Shown here: piece after piece, positions 52,986-64,000 of the stretch
Position numbering within the stretch: the first letter of the stretch is position 1
Layout: every line of letters begins with the position of its first letter
NCBI GenBank assembly: GCA_024679065.1
Contig: JAGIQG010000011.1
Coordinates: 80,042,001-80,106,000, forward strand
From: Sphyrna mokarran
Taxonomy: Eukaryota
Direction: 5' to 3'
Length of the DNA: 64,000 bases
Position numbers and translations under genes: made by a program
Notes under the pieces: generated by a model
The model's input: only the letters and a program-made list of their open reading frames with translations
Databases searched by the model: none
Told to the model about the DNA's origin: nothing

Positions 52986-54654
52986 GGCAGCATCATCTGT
53001 GGTTATTGTCATTGCAACAAACTCTCAAAGAACATTTTGTGGAAATGGCACTCAGTAATTGAAATCAGCGACAATGTTTTCATATTCTGAAGAAGATCAT
53101 GATGGCACATTTGGTCATTAAATAATCATGTTGGTGCAATAGGATATGTACTTCTAAGGAAAGTTGTGGTTAACATGCATTGTATAGAGGGGATGTTAAT
53201 CTACATTTAAGAGTATTTTGCTTGACCCCCGTGTTCTTTTTATTCATTCATTGGGCATGGGTGTCACAGGCTGCACATCCCCATCCCTAACTGCCCTTGA
53301 AGGAACAGGTAAGAGTCAATCATTTCTGTGGGTCTAGAGTTACATATAGGCTAAGCCAGGTTAGGGCAGATTTCCTTCCCTAAATTATATTATTGAATCA
53401 GATGGAATTTTGCGACAACTGTCATTAGCCTTTTAATTTCAGATTTTTATTGAATTTGAACTTAACCATCTGCCATGGTGGGATTTGAACTGAGTCCCCA
53501 GGGTCTCTGGATCACATGTCCGATAACCACACCGCTATGCCACTGGCATCTCCATCTGTGCTTTGATGCTGATCTTGGAGGCTGATAATGAAAATGTTCA
53601 CTATGCCTCCTTCACTTTGATGAGTACTGACAGACAACATCAATGAAATGAAAAAGCAGTAAAATGTAACAAGCTGTTGTGTGCTGATGGTAAGCAGCTT
53701 TGGAAGAAATTGGGCAGACTTAGCGATCTCAGTATTGAAGAGCAAAAAGGACAGCATTTTTTATTCATTCGTGGGACATAGGCATCGCTGGCTGGCCAGT
53801 ATTTATTGTGCATCCCCTCGTTGCCTTTGAGAAAGTGATGGTGAGCTGCCTTCTTGAGTCGCTGCAGTCCATCTTCTGTCGATTGACTCACAATGCTGTT
53901 AGGGTGGGAATTCCAGCGACTACGAAAGAACAGTAATATACTTCTAAGTCAGGATGATGCGTGGCTTGGTGGGGAGCTTGCAGGTGGTGGGGTTCCTGTG
54001 TATCTGCTGCCCTTGTCCTTCTAGATGGAAGTGATTGTGAGTTTGGAAAGTCCTGTCTAAGGATCTTCGGTGAATTTTTGCAGTGCATCTTGTTATTAGT
54101 ACACACTGCTGTTATTGAGCGTTGGTGGTAGAAGGAGTGGGTGTTTGTGGATGCGGTGCCAATCAAGCAAACTGCTTTGTCCTGGATAGTGTCAAGCTTC
54201 TTGAGTGTTGTTGGAGCTGCACCCATCCAGGTAAGTGGGGAACATGTGGTCATTCACCATTTGTAGTGCATCACAATGATTAATTGAAGGCTTTTTGCAC
54301 TTACTGTTAGATTGCCATTGATATAGAACAAATCAACATAGTCAACACTGTCCCTGGCTTAGACATGCTGACATGAAATAAGAAAGCCCTCCATCCTCAA
54401 GCAGTGAACTTGTTCATCAGAGCAGAGAAGACGGCTCAAAACAAAAACAGGAAATGCTGGAAAATCTCAATAGGTTTGACAGCATCTAAAAAGAGAGAAC
54501 ACAGCTAATGTTTTGAGTCTGGATGACTTTTTGTCAGAGCCAGACTTTGAAATGTTGGCTCTGTTCTCTCTTCATAAATATTGTCAGACCTGCTGGCTGG
54601 AATTCTACTGCCCCTTCAGAAATGGGAATCGGAGCAGGTAAGGGGCAGACGTTG

Positions 54655-54905
54655 GGAAAGACTTGCAAAATCTCACTAACTTTCCTGTCTGGAAACAATA
54701 CGCATCCTTTTAACCTGTGCTTACTGCTCTCTCCACTCACATTGTCTATCCTTTAAGACTTGATCACCTGTAAAGACTCACATAGCAGCCATTACTCATG
54801 TGAATTGAATTTGTGTCTTTGTGCCCTGTTTGTGATCAGAACTCCCACCCACGTGATGAAGAGGCAGCCTGTTCTGTTAAAGCTGGTGCTGTGAGACTTC
54901 TTTCC
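54655..54905 (+). mobile_element. Penelope-like element 3' fragment
   Basis: Similar to 52825-52985 (CTTGCAAAATCTCACTAAC...CTCTCCACTCACATTGTCT). Confidence 0.75.
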
Positions 54906-55082
54906 ATTCCCAAATTGCATTTATACAAGGCAAATTTTGCATGGTTGCATTAATACATCAAATGCGTGCCAATACGATTTTGAAACACTCTGTTTTACAT
55001 ATTGGGAGAGATAAGGAATAGAAGGAATTGGTTAAATTAAGTAAAGTATGCTGTGATAAAATCAATTCATATATACTGAATT

Positions 55083-55722
55083 CACAGAAATCTTACAGTG
55101 TTTCCTACAGTGAAACCCTACAACCATTTGGCCCATTGAGCCTGCATTGACAACAATCCCATCCAGGCTCTATCCTCTTAACCTGACGTATCTATCCTGC
55201 TCACCCCTCTGACGCTAAGGGGCAATTTAGCATGGCCGATCAATCCAACCCATAGATCACTGAAGTGCGGGAGGAAAGAGATAGGGATGACATGGTGGCA
55301 CAATGGTTAGCATTGATGCCTCACAGTGCCAGGGACCAAGGTTCAATTCCCAGCTTGGGTCACTGTTTGTGTGGTGTTTACATGTTCTCCTCATGTCTGC
55401 GTGGGTTTCCTCCGGGTGCTCAGCTTTCCTTCCACAATCCAAAGATGTGCAGGTTAGGTGGATTGGCCATGTTAAATTGCCCCTTAACATCAGGGGGTTC
55501 CGGCTAGGATAAATGCATGGGGTTATGGAGATTGGGCCTGGGTGGAATTGTGGTTGGTGCAGGCTCAATGGACCTAATGGCCTCCTACTGCATTGTAAGT
55601 TTCTATGATTCTATGAAACTGTAGCACCCATAGGGAGAACTTTCCACAGTCACCTGAGGCCGGAATTGAAGCCAGGTCCCTGGCACTATGGAGGCAGCGC
55701 TGCTAACCACTGTGCCACCGTG
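55083..55722. mobile_element. HE1 (+, ~55290-55615) inserted into HE1 (-)
   Basis: Tail of the minus copy lies left and its head right of a complete plus copy. Confidence 0.85.
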
Positions 55723-57899
55723 TTTACATTGCATTGCCTTCAGATTGGTCCCAACAGACATTTTACACCAGGTAGGAAGATTTACTCATTCTTAATTGGG
55801 GCAAAGTAAAATGCATTAATGATTTTACTAATCATCAGACATGGGTGAAATCCTTTCTTTTCCCTCCATCCAAGGTCTATCAAGTTCATCTGATCACAAT
55901 GTCAGAATGTTTCTGGACACATGCAATTATTCTTCAGTTCAAGAATGTTCCAGAATCTTACTACCATTCATGCTGGCAGGATTTTCCCATCCTGCCTCAG
56001 TGAATGGAGGTTTGACTGGCTGAACAGCCATGTTGAACATGAACAATCAGTAAGGTTATGCCCATAGAGTCATCGACCTGGATTTTCATTCTGAAAGTGG
56101 GTGGTGGAAGTTGAGAAAATTCCTGACATAGCCTGTCCACCTCGGGAGAAAGTATTTGCAAAGGCAGGATCTTCATTGTTTGGGAATGGATGTGGGTTTG
56201 AGTTGGTCTATTTGAACGCAGCTAGGTTGGAGGCAGGCTGCTTTGAATGCCAATGAAATCAACAGCATTTGATATTGAAAATGTTGAGGGCCCTAAGTTT
56301 CACACTACTACCAAATTTAAGATTCCAAACCATTCGATATACTGCCTGCCCAACTTACAGCAGAAATGTATAGGTTTGGTTGAAGGGAACCCAACTCAAA
56401 TCCACAATTTTAAGTTCCAATATATAGAAATATTGTTTAGGGCATATACTACATAACAGTAGACAGGCAGTCTTACATGGACAATTATGGGAATGCATTA
56501 AATCCTTAGAGGCAGAAGCCCTTCACCAAAATCCCTTTATTTACAAGTCTGACAACAGCATTCTCAGTGCTTTCGATCAGCAGTCTACACTAAAAGTCCC
56601 AGAGGCCCTGAAACTCCTGGTTAAGCACAAAGCAAGAGGCTCCCTGATTGGCCCATCAATCTGGCCCTTAATCCCAGGCCCACCTCAATTGCCTGATTAA
56701 AGTCATTATAACCATCGCCTTGTAAACCTGTTTAGCATTTCTGTGCATACCTTTTTATTATCCTTTAATTTGTTACCCATTCCTAATTGTGTTTAAACTG
56801 AAGGGATGGTTGGACTGTTTCGGAGGACAGTTCAGTGAACCACATTGCTGTGGGTCTGGAGTCACATGTAGGCCAGACCAGATAAGGATGACAGATAAAG
56901 GACATTTGTGAACCAATGGGTTATTACACTGATGATCCTCCTCTTTAGGCTTATAATTCCAGATATTTACTGAATTCAAATTTCACCCTCTGCCTTGGTG
57001 GGATTCAAATCCAGTTCCCAGACCATGGGCCTCTAGTCCAGTAACAATACGTTTTATTTTGAAGTGGTTGCATGATTGCTTTAACAGCAGGTCACATGTC
57101 TTGAAAATTAGGACATTGGGGGTGTCACAGGCTTCTGTCTTAGTTTCACTTAACAATCTGTGCAGACAACATCTCTTTCAATAAACCTCTGTGTGTTAGT
57201 TCAAATTGACGTATGCAAACCGCATTGTTTTCTTTGTGTTAAAACCCTCAACACCTATCAGAGTTAGAACATTACAAAAATAAAATAGCAGTGAGTTGGG
57301 ACTTTGTTTCATTGAGAATATTGAGAAAAGATCCCAAGTAGAGCACAAACATTGCGGGTTCTCACACTTTGAGTACTAGAATTATGAGGAAAATCAACAG
57401 GTTTAAAGATTAAAGTGCCAGTGAAGGGAGACCAAGTAAAAAAAAGAAAATAAAAAAAAATGCATTTCATACTGGGAAAATAATGAACAGGCTCCTTTAA
57501 GCTGCAGGGTCCAAATTCAAAGTGATCAGCAGTTGTTACTGTTAAATCTACTACATCCGAACAAACCAATGAGAAACTTTGACAATTTTTTTGCAAGATT
57601 TGGTAAACAGATTATCAATGATAATAGTTCACAGTTTACTTCAAAAGAGTATTAGGATTATCTCAAAGTATCTGAAAAGTAGATAATGTTCAGCATATAA
57701 AATCCACACTTTAACAACAATGGATTAGCAGAAAGATCAGGACAATCCTTGAAACATTCTTTAAAAGCTTCAAGAGGGAAAGTTTATTATTATGTCGTGA
57801 GAATGGCTTTTTGAAATCTCATAGAAACTCTGCTCATGTGACCATCCAAAGTTTACCTGCATTACTACGCTTAAAAAAAAGTTAAGAAATATGTTCAGA

Positions 57900-58460
57900 G
57901 TCATGGAGTAATATAGGTATACAGCATGGAAACAGGCCCTTTGGCCTAACTTATCCATGGTGCCCTTTTTTAAAAATCATTAGGCTAGTCCCAATTGCCC
58001 GTGTTTGGCCCATATTTCTCTATACCCAACTTACCCATGTAACTGTCTAATGTTTTTTAAAAGACAAAATTATACCTGTCTCTACTATTAGCTCTGTTAC
58101 CTTGTTCCAGACACTCACCAGTCTGTGTGTGAAAAAGTTGTCCCTCTGGACTCTTTTGTATCTCTCACCTTAAGCCTGTGCCCTCTAGTTTTGCATTCCC
58201 TTACCTTTGGGGAAAGATGTGGACTATTTAACTGCTTTATGCACCTCATTATTTTATAATGAGATTGGGAAAAAAATCCCAGTCTATTCAGTCTCTCCTT
58301 ATAACTCAACCTATCAAGTAAATCTTTCAGCGCTCTTTCAAGCTTAATAGTATCCTTTCTATAATAGGGTGACTAGAACTGTATTCAGTATTCCAAGTGT
58401 GTTCTTATCAATGTCTTCAACAAAGATCTCCCAACTCCTGTATTCAATATTCTAACCAAT
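57900..58460 (-). mobile_element. CR1 3' fragment nested in Gypsy relic
   Basis: ORF MSYKERLNRLG..KTRGHRLKVR. Confidence 0.85.
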
Positions 58461-59136
58461 GTTTGATTTGTTATTATGTGAAGAAACTTCAGAGTTAGTA
58501 CAGCAGCGCCAATAATCTCAAGCTAAATGAGAAGCGAGGGCAAAGCGGCACTCATTTTAACCAGGAAATTGAGTGATAGCTCAGAATTATGCCATGACTG
58601 ACAAATGGGTGCCAGGCATAGTTTTAGCAAAAAGCAGGTCCAATTTCTTACATAGTTCAAACTGAAGATGGGTCAGTTTGCTGAAGGGAAATGCTGACCA
58701 ATTATTGTCATGTCAAAATGATTTCTCAGAATCATCTCCAGAAGTAACGATTTCTTTAGTCCTTAGTGTTGTGAATATACCACATGAGAGTGATGCAGAA
58801 TTAGTTCCAACAGAAAATGTTTACTGAAAGTCCAAATCATACTACCAGGGTCAAAGACAGTCAAATTCAAAGTGTGGTGACTAGGGGATTTTCACAGTAA
58901 CTTAGTTGCAGTGTTAATGTAAGCCTTACTTATGACACTGTTAAATAATCTACAACTAATTCTAAACATGATATACAACCAAAGAGGAATGAATGCCCCT
59001 CTGATTGACTTTCTTATTGACAGTATATAATATTTATTGGTGCTGTACTGTGTTTAGAGTAGTATTAACCATATGCTGAACATCATATTAATTTATTGTC
59101 AAGACAACAGACGTAAAGGGTGGAGAGATGTTTAAG

Positions 59137-59428
59137 GCCAGTGTGGTAGTATAGTGGTTAGCACTGCTGCCTCACAATGCAGAGGACTCGGGTTCAATTC
59201 TGGTCTCGGGTGACTGTCTAAGTGGAGTTTTCACATGGTCTCTGTGGGTTTCTTCTGGTTCTCCGGATTCCTCCCACAGTCCAAAGATATCCAGATTAGG
59301 TTGATTGGCCATGCTGAATTGTCCCTTATTATCAGGGAGATTAACGGGGTAAATACATGGGGTTAGGGCCTGGCTGGGTTTGTTGCTCAATGGGCTGAAT
59401 GGCCTCTTTCTACACTGCAGTGATTCTT
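59137..59428 (+). mobile_element. HE1-type V-SINE in Gypsy 3' LTR, TSD TTTAAG
   Basis: TTTAAG at 59131-59136 and 59429-59434. Confidence 0.88.
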
Positions 59429-60726
59429 TTTAAGTGGTCACATGATAGCTTTAAGAGTAGTTCATATGATTTGATCATAAGGTCATTGGGGTGCTTCACA
59501 GGCTTCTGTCACAAAATTCTGAACACCTCTATTAAATCTCCCTTTAATCTGCTATAGAGAGAAAAAAAATCCAGGTGTCTCTGGTCTCTCCACGTCATTG
59601 AAGTCACCCGTTCCTAACACGAGCACTTTAAAAGCAGAAATCCGCCCCTGGAGTGGATGATGCCTTCTTCTCAGTCTTTTTTTCCGAGCTACCTTTGGAA
59701 GAGAATGTTCTAAATGCATGAAACCACAAAAATGTGATGGGAAATTCTATAAATTCCAAATGAACTGAATGAAATTTCTGATAGTGAGCACAGAGAATTG
59801 ATTGTGTGAAGGAATTGGCTTTCAGACTGCCTTCAAATCTGAGTCTTTTTACGATGTTACTTTAATGATTTATTGTCATTTGTTGTCTGTCCCTGGTTGC
59901 TGTGAGAACGTCTCCTTGAACCAATAACAGCAGTTTCATGGTAAAGATGCTCTCCTCGTACTGTAGAGCTTCAGGAATTTGACCCAGCCGCAGTGAGAAT
60001 AGAAAAAGATATTGTACTTACAAAGCAGTCTAGATTCTGAAATAGCAGTCTTAATGAACAAAGCAAACATAAAATTGAACCATTTTACCAAATCAGTGGA
60101 ACATGAGTTGGAGGAGGCTACACTAAAATTATATAGTTGCCTTAGCCTGACCACAGCTTGAATGCTGCGGCTTGGTTTCATAACCAAGTCAGTAGACTTG
60201 GGGCATTCAAACTCAGCAGATAGCTCAGAGAGAAGCCACAAGGCCAATCAATCCTCAACATCAGAGAGTTTATACAATGAGGATAGGTTAGGAAACTAAG
60301 CTCTGTTTCATATCAAATCTGGATGACTGGGAAGAAGTCTACAGAAATTGATGATCGCAGTACAGCTTTGTCATATCCCAAGCAGAGGAAAGGTTTTACA
60401 CAGGGTAGGATTTTCCGACTACACTTGCCCAAGACTAGAAAGTCCTGTCAGAGGTCAACAGACCTTTACACGGTCCATGTCTCACAAAGCTGCGATTCCT
60501 ATGGCGGGCAGGATGCCAAAATTCCACCCTTTGTATCGACAGGTCTGTTTTTTGATAGCAATATTTTTAAAAGGAAAGACATTACCGAATGCTATCTAGA
60601 ACCGACCATCCATCTGTCTAACCATCATCCATCCATCCTTCCACAATTTCCATGCTCCTCCAATTTGGGTTTCTTATACATCTTTTTTTTTGCACAATTA
60701 TGTGACATGAGATCCATGGCTTGTTG

Positions 60727-61025
60727 GCATGGTGGCATGGTGGTTAGCACGGCTGCCTCACAGTGCAGGAGACTCCAGTTCAATTCTGGCTTCAGGTCAC
60801 TGTCTATGTGGAGTTTGCATATTCTCCCTGTGTGGGCTTCCTCTGGGTGCTCCGATTTTCTCCCACAGTCCAAAGATATGCAGCTTGATTTGCCATGCTA
60901 AATTGCCCTTAGTGTCAGGGGGATTAACATGAGGTTACAAGGATAGGGCCTGGGTGAAATTGTTGTCATTGCAGACTTGGTGGGCCAAATGACCTTCTTC
61001 TGCATTGTAGGGATTCGATGGTTAT
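60727..61025 (+). mobile_element. HE1-type V-SINE
   Basis: Full length. Confidence 0.9.
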
Positions 61026-61849
61026 GTGATGTGCTCAGGTGAATTTAAATATGCCAAGATGTTATTTCTTTGTGGAGTGGAGTAAATTCACCCATCTCGC
61101 TATGCCCTGGACAATGATTATCCTTCAACCAACAACTCAGAAAGGTGATCTGGTCACTCATTTCATTGCTGGGTGAGGAAGCTGGAAATGTACTGCTGTG
61201 TTTCCTACATTACATTAGATTACACTTTCAACTCACTTTTAATAACTGCTTAGCCCTGAAATCATGAAAGATACTAAATACATGCAAGTCTTTCAATTTG
61301 TTAATTCATTTTAATCAATCTAACCAAAGTAACAGACCATTGCATCAAGTCCAATATTGTATTTCCAAAGGAATTTGGAGTCATTGGTGCAAGTGCAATA
61401 TTAGGATAACTACAATACATAATTAGGAAATTCATGGAACAAGTTTGACATTTTTGTTCAATTTGTGAGATGTCAGTTTTGAAGAAAATAGCCAATGGAA
61501 TATTATCGAATGGATGACTAGTTATTTTGGTGTAATGAATTGAAGAGAGCATATTGACCAATGCAGCAGCTGATTTAACTGCTTTTTGAATACAATCTAC
61601 TCCTGTTAAAGACTCAAGTTTGACTCTGGCTTTAGGTGACTATCTGCGTGGAGTTTGAAAATTCTCTTCATGTTCGCATGGGTTTCCTCCAGGTACTCTG
61701 GTTTCCTTCCACGATCCAAAAATGCGTGGGTTGGGTTGGTTGGCTATGCTAAATTGCCCCTCAGTGCCAGGGGGACTAGCACCCCCTTCATCAGGTGAGA
61801 CTTCTTCTTGTGCCCACCCCAGTATGATGTTGGCATCTCCACACCTTGA

Positions 61850-63310
61850 TTTGTTATAACACAAAAGCAAGAAAGTTATACTTATTTTATGAGCCACTTG
61901 CTGAGGAATTAGGGATTCAGTCCTGGGCATCATGAGTAAGGAAGGACTAAAAGATCTTGGAGCTGCTGCAGAGGAGATTTACTATATTCCCAGGGATGTG
62001 ATAATTCACATCCCTGGGAATATAGTAGGAGAGAACATAGTAGGAGAGACTGGAGAAGCCACATTTGTTTTCCATGAAACATGGAGGGGAGAGGGATGTC
62101 AATGTGAGATTTAACAGAAGTGTTCAAAATCAATGAGAGAATAAATAGGAAGAATCTGGTTGTCATAGCAGCATGTTGATAACCAAAGGGCACAGATTGA
62201 AGGTAATTGACAAATAATCAAACCAGACATGAAGACAAAATGCTTTGTGCAGTGAAATAATCTGGCATACACCGCTTGAAAGGGTGTTGGGGACCCAACT
62301 AGTATTTTGATGCATGGGGTTATGGGGATAAAGGACTGGGTGGGATTGTGGTCAGTGCAGACTCAATGACCCTAATGGCCTCATTCTGTACTGTAGGAGT
62401 TTGTGAAGATTAGGTGGATTGGCTGTGTTAAATTGCCTTTTAGTGTCCCAAGATGTGTAGTTTTGGGGGATTAATGGGGCAAATATGTATTGTTATGAGA
62501 ATAGGGCGGGGAAGAAGGCATGACTAAGCTGGAGAATCTGTGCAGATTCGATGGGCCGAATGGCCTATTTCTGTATTATAGTGATTCCATTCTGATCTAA
62601 GAATCGTAAAATGATATGGATAGAATGAGACCATTCAGCATGCTGTAACTGTGCTTGTTCTTTATAAGAGCGACCAAATTAATTCTACTCCTCAGCTCTT
62701 TCCCTAGAACCTTTCAATCTTTTCCCTTTGCAGTATTTATCAATTCCCTTTTCAAAGTTCCAATTGAGTGGCCCATAAAAAAGGCTTAACTTTCTTACTT
62801 TTGTGTTGTATATGGGCTCTTAAGTCATAAAAAAATTTAAGATGTGCAGATGCCGGTGTTGTACAGGGGTGGACACAGTAAGAAGTTTCACCTGTTGAAG
62901 GAGCAGTGCTCTGAAAACTCGTGATAAAGTCCAACCTGGTGTTGTAAAAAATCAAGGATTCCATCTGCATTTTTAACAACTTTCTCAACTTGTCGTACCT
63001 TCGTCAGAGATTTGTGCATCTACATCTCCAGGTCTCTCTGGCTGTTTCTGCATCTCCTTTTGAAATCATAGTCAGTTTAATCTGCCCCCACTAATTTTTC
63101 CAACCAAAAAATGAATCACTTCACACTCCTCCGCATTAAATTTGATCTCCCAAGTGTCTGCCCATTTCAACAGTTTCTCTATAACTTCCTGAAACCTCCT
63201 CACTATTTTTTAGTTATGCATTTTGTGCCATCTGATTGTACAAGCCATTAATATATCGCAAAACAAAAATCAGTGGTCCTATTATTAATCCCTGGGTTAC
63301 ACCACATTAT
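61850..63310. mobile_element. Cluster of old CR1 fragments and SINE tails
   Basis: CR1-like segments on both strands; two HE1 tail fragments at ~62310-62595. Confidence 0.55.
62840..62950. mobile_element. Penelope-derived terminal fragment with mutated hammerhead core
   Basis: GATGTGCAGATGCCGGTGTTG tail, then TCAC CTGTTGA AGGAGC AGT GCTCT GAAAACTC GTGA. Confidence 0.7.
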
Positions 63311-63394
63311 ACATGTGACCCCAGAACCACAGTAACATGGTTGACTCCAAAAGTACTCCTCTGAAATACCTAGCAAGCCATTCAGTTCAAGGGC

Positions 63395-64000
63395 AATTTG
63401 ATTTGATTTATTATTATCATATGTATTGATAACCAGTGAAATTATTATTTTTTGCACACTAAACAGGCAAAGCAAACTGTTCACAGAGAAGGAAAGAAGA
63501 GAATGCAAAACGTAATGTTTCAGTTATAGGGTATAGAGAAAGATCAACTTAATGTGAGATAGGTCCATTCAAAAATCTGATGGCAATAGGGAAGAAGTTG
63601 TTCTTAAGCCAATTGTTATGTGAACTCTGACTTTTGTATTTTTCTTCCAAAGGAAGAAGGTGGAAAAGAGTATGTCTGGAGAGTGTAGGATCCTTAATTA
63701 CGCTGGCTGCTTTTCCAAGATAGCAGGAAATGTAGACGGTGTCAATGTGTAGAAAACTGGTTTGAGAGATCGACTGGGCTTTGTTCATGACCCTTTGTAG
63801 TTTCTTGCTATCTTGAACAAAGCATGAGCGGCACCAAGCTGTGATACAACCAGAAAGAATGTTTTCTATGCTACACCCGTAGAAGTTGGTGAGAGTTGTA
63901 TTAGACGAGCCAAATTTCCTTAGCCTTCTGAGAAAGTGGAGGCATTGGTGTGCTTTCTTAACTGTAGTGTCAGCATGGGGAAGCCAGGACAGGTTGTTGG
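63395..64000 (-). mobile_element. Rex1/Babar LINE 3' end (runs off window)
   Basis: CYLGKAASVIKDPTLSRHTLFHLLP..KYKS..LKNNFFPIAIRFLN; tail AATAATAAATCAAATCAAAT. Confidence 0.85.

Larger units (their letters stand above)
57050..59510 (+). mobile_element. Decayed, internally deleted Gypsy/Ty3 LTR retrotransposon with nested CR1 and SINE insertions
   Basis: LTR-like repeats 57061-57140 and 59431-59510; gag-like LNLLHPNKP ~57540; integrase C-terminus QNYAMTDKWVPGIVLA..GPISYIVQTEDG ~58580-58680; PPT AAAGGGTGGAGAGA followed by TG at 59115-59130. Confidence 0.75.

Noticed and set aside
56490-56715. Possible solo LTR (minus-strand AATAAA, CCAAT)
   Set aside because: No second copy, TSD or clear TG..CA ends could be established.
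60323-60901. 192-aa ORF
   Set aside because: Chimera of MITE, CR1 and HE1 sequence.

Overview
Eukaryotic, AT-rich, repeat-dense vertebrate DNA. The repeat content (HE1/V-SINEs, HER1/CR1 LINEs, Deu-domain SINEs) points to a cartilaginous fish (shark); this is inference. The only gene is MRAS (M-Ras/R-Ras3 small GTPase) on the minus strand. Four coding exons (35813-35621, 14374-14221, 4861-4762, 675-596; 193+154+100+80 nt, all GT-AG and phase-compatible) encode residues 1-175. The last CAAX exon lies left of the window. A probable non-coding first exon and promoter lie at about 50.5-51.2 kb and contain a muscle-type E-box/MEF2/MCAT cluster. The rest is decayed transposons: V-SINEs with two different tails, two further tRNA-SINE families, DeuSINEs, CR1, L2, Rex1, RTE, a Gypsy relic, MITEs and Penelope-like elements. 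The most striking unannotated signal is two families of short, often fold-back elements carrying minimal hammerhead-ribozyme cores (CUGANGA-stem II-GAA-palindrome-H). One family is linked by sequence overlap to a GIY-YIG Penelope fragment in the window. Other notable items are a ~380-bp inverted duplication in intron 3 and a candidate 12-nt microexon or recursive splice site in intron 2. Repeat coordinates are by eye and approximate.
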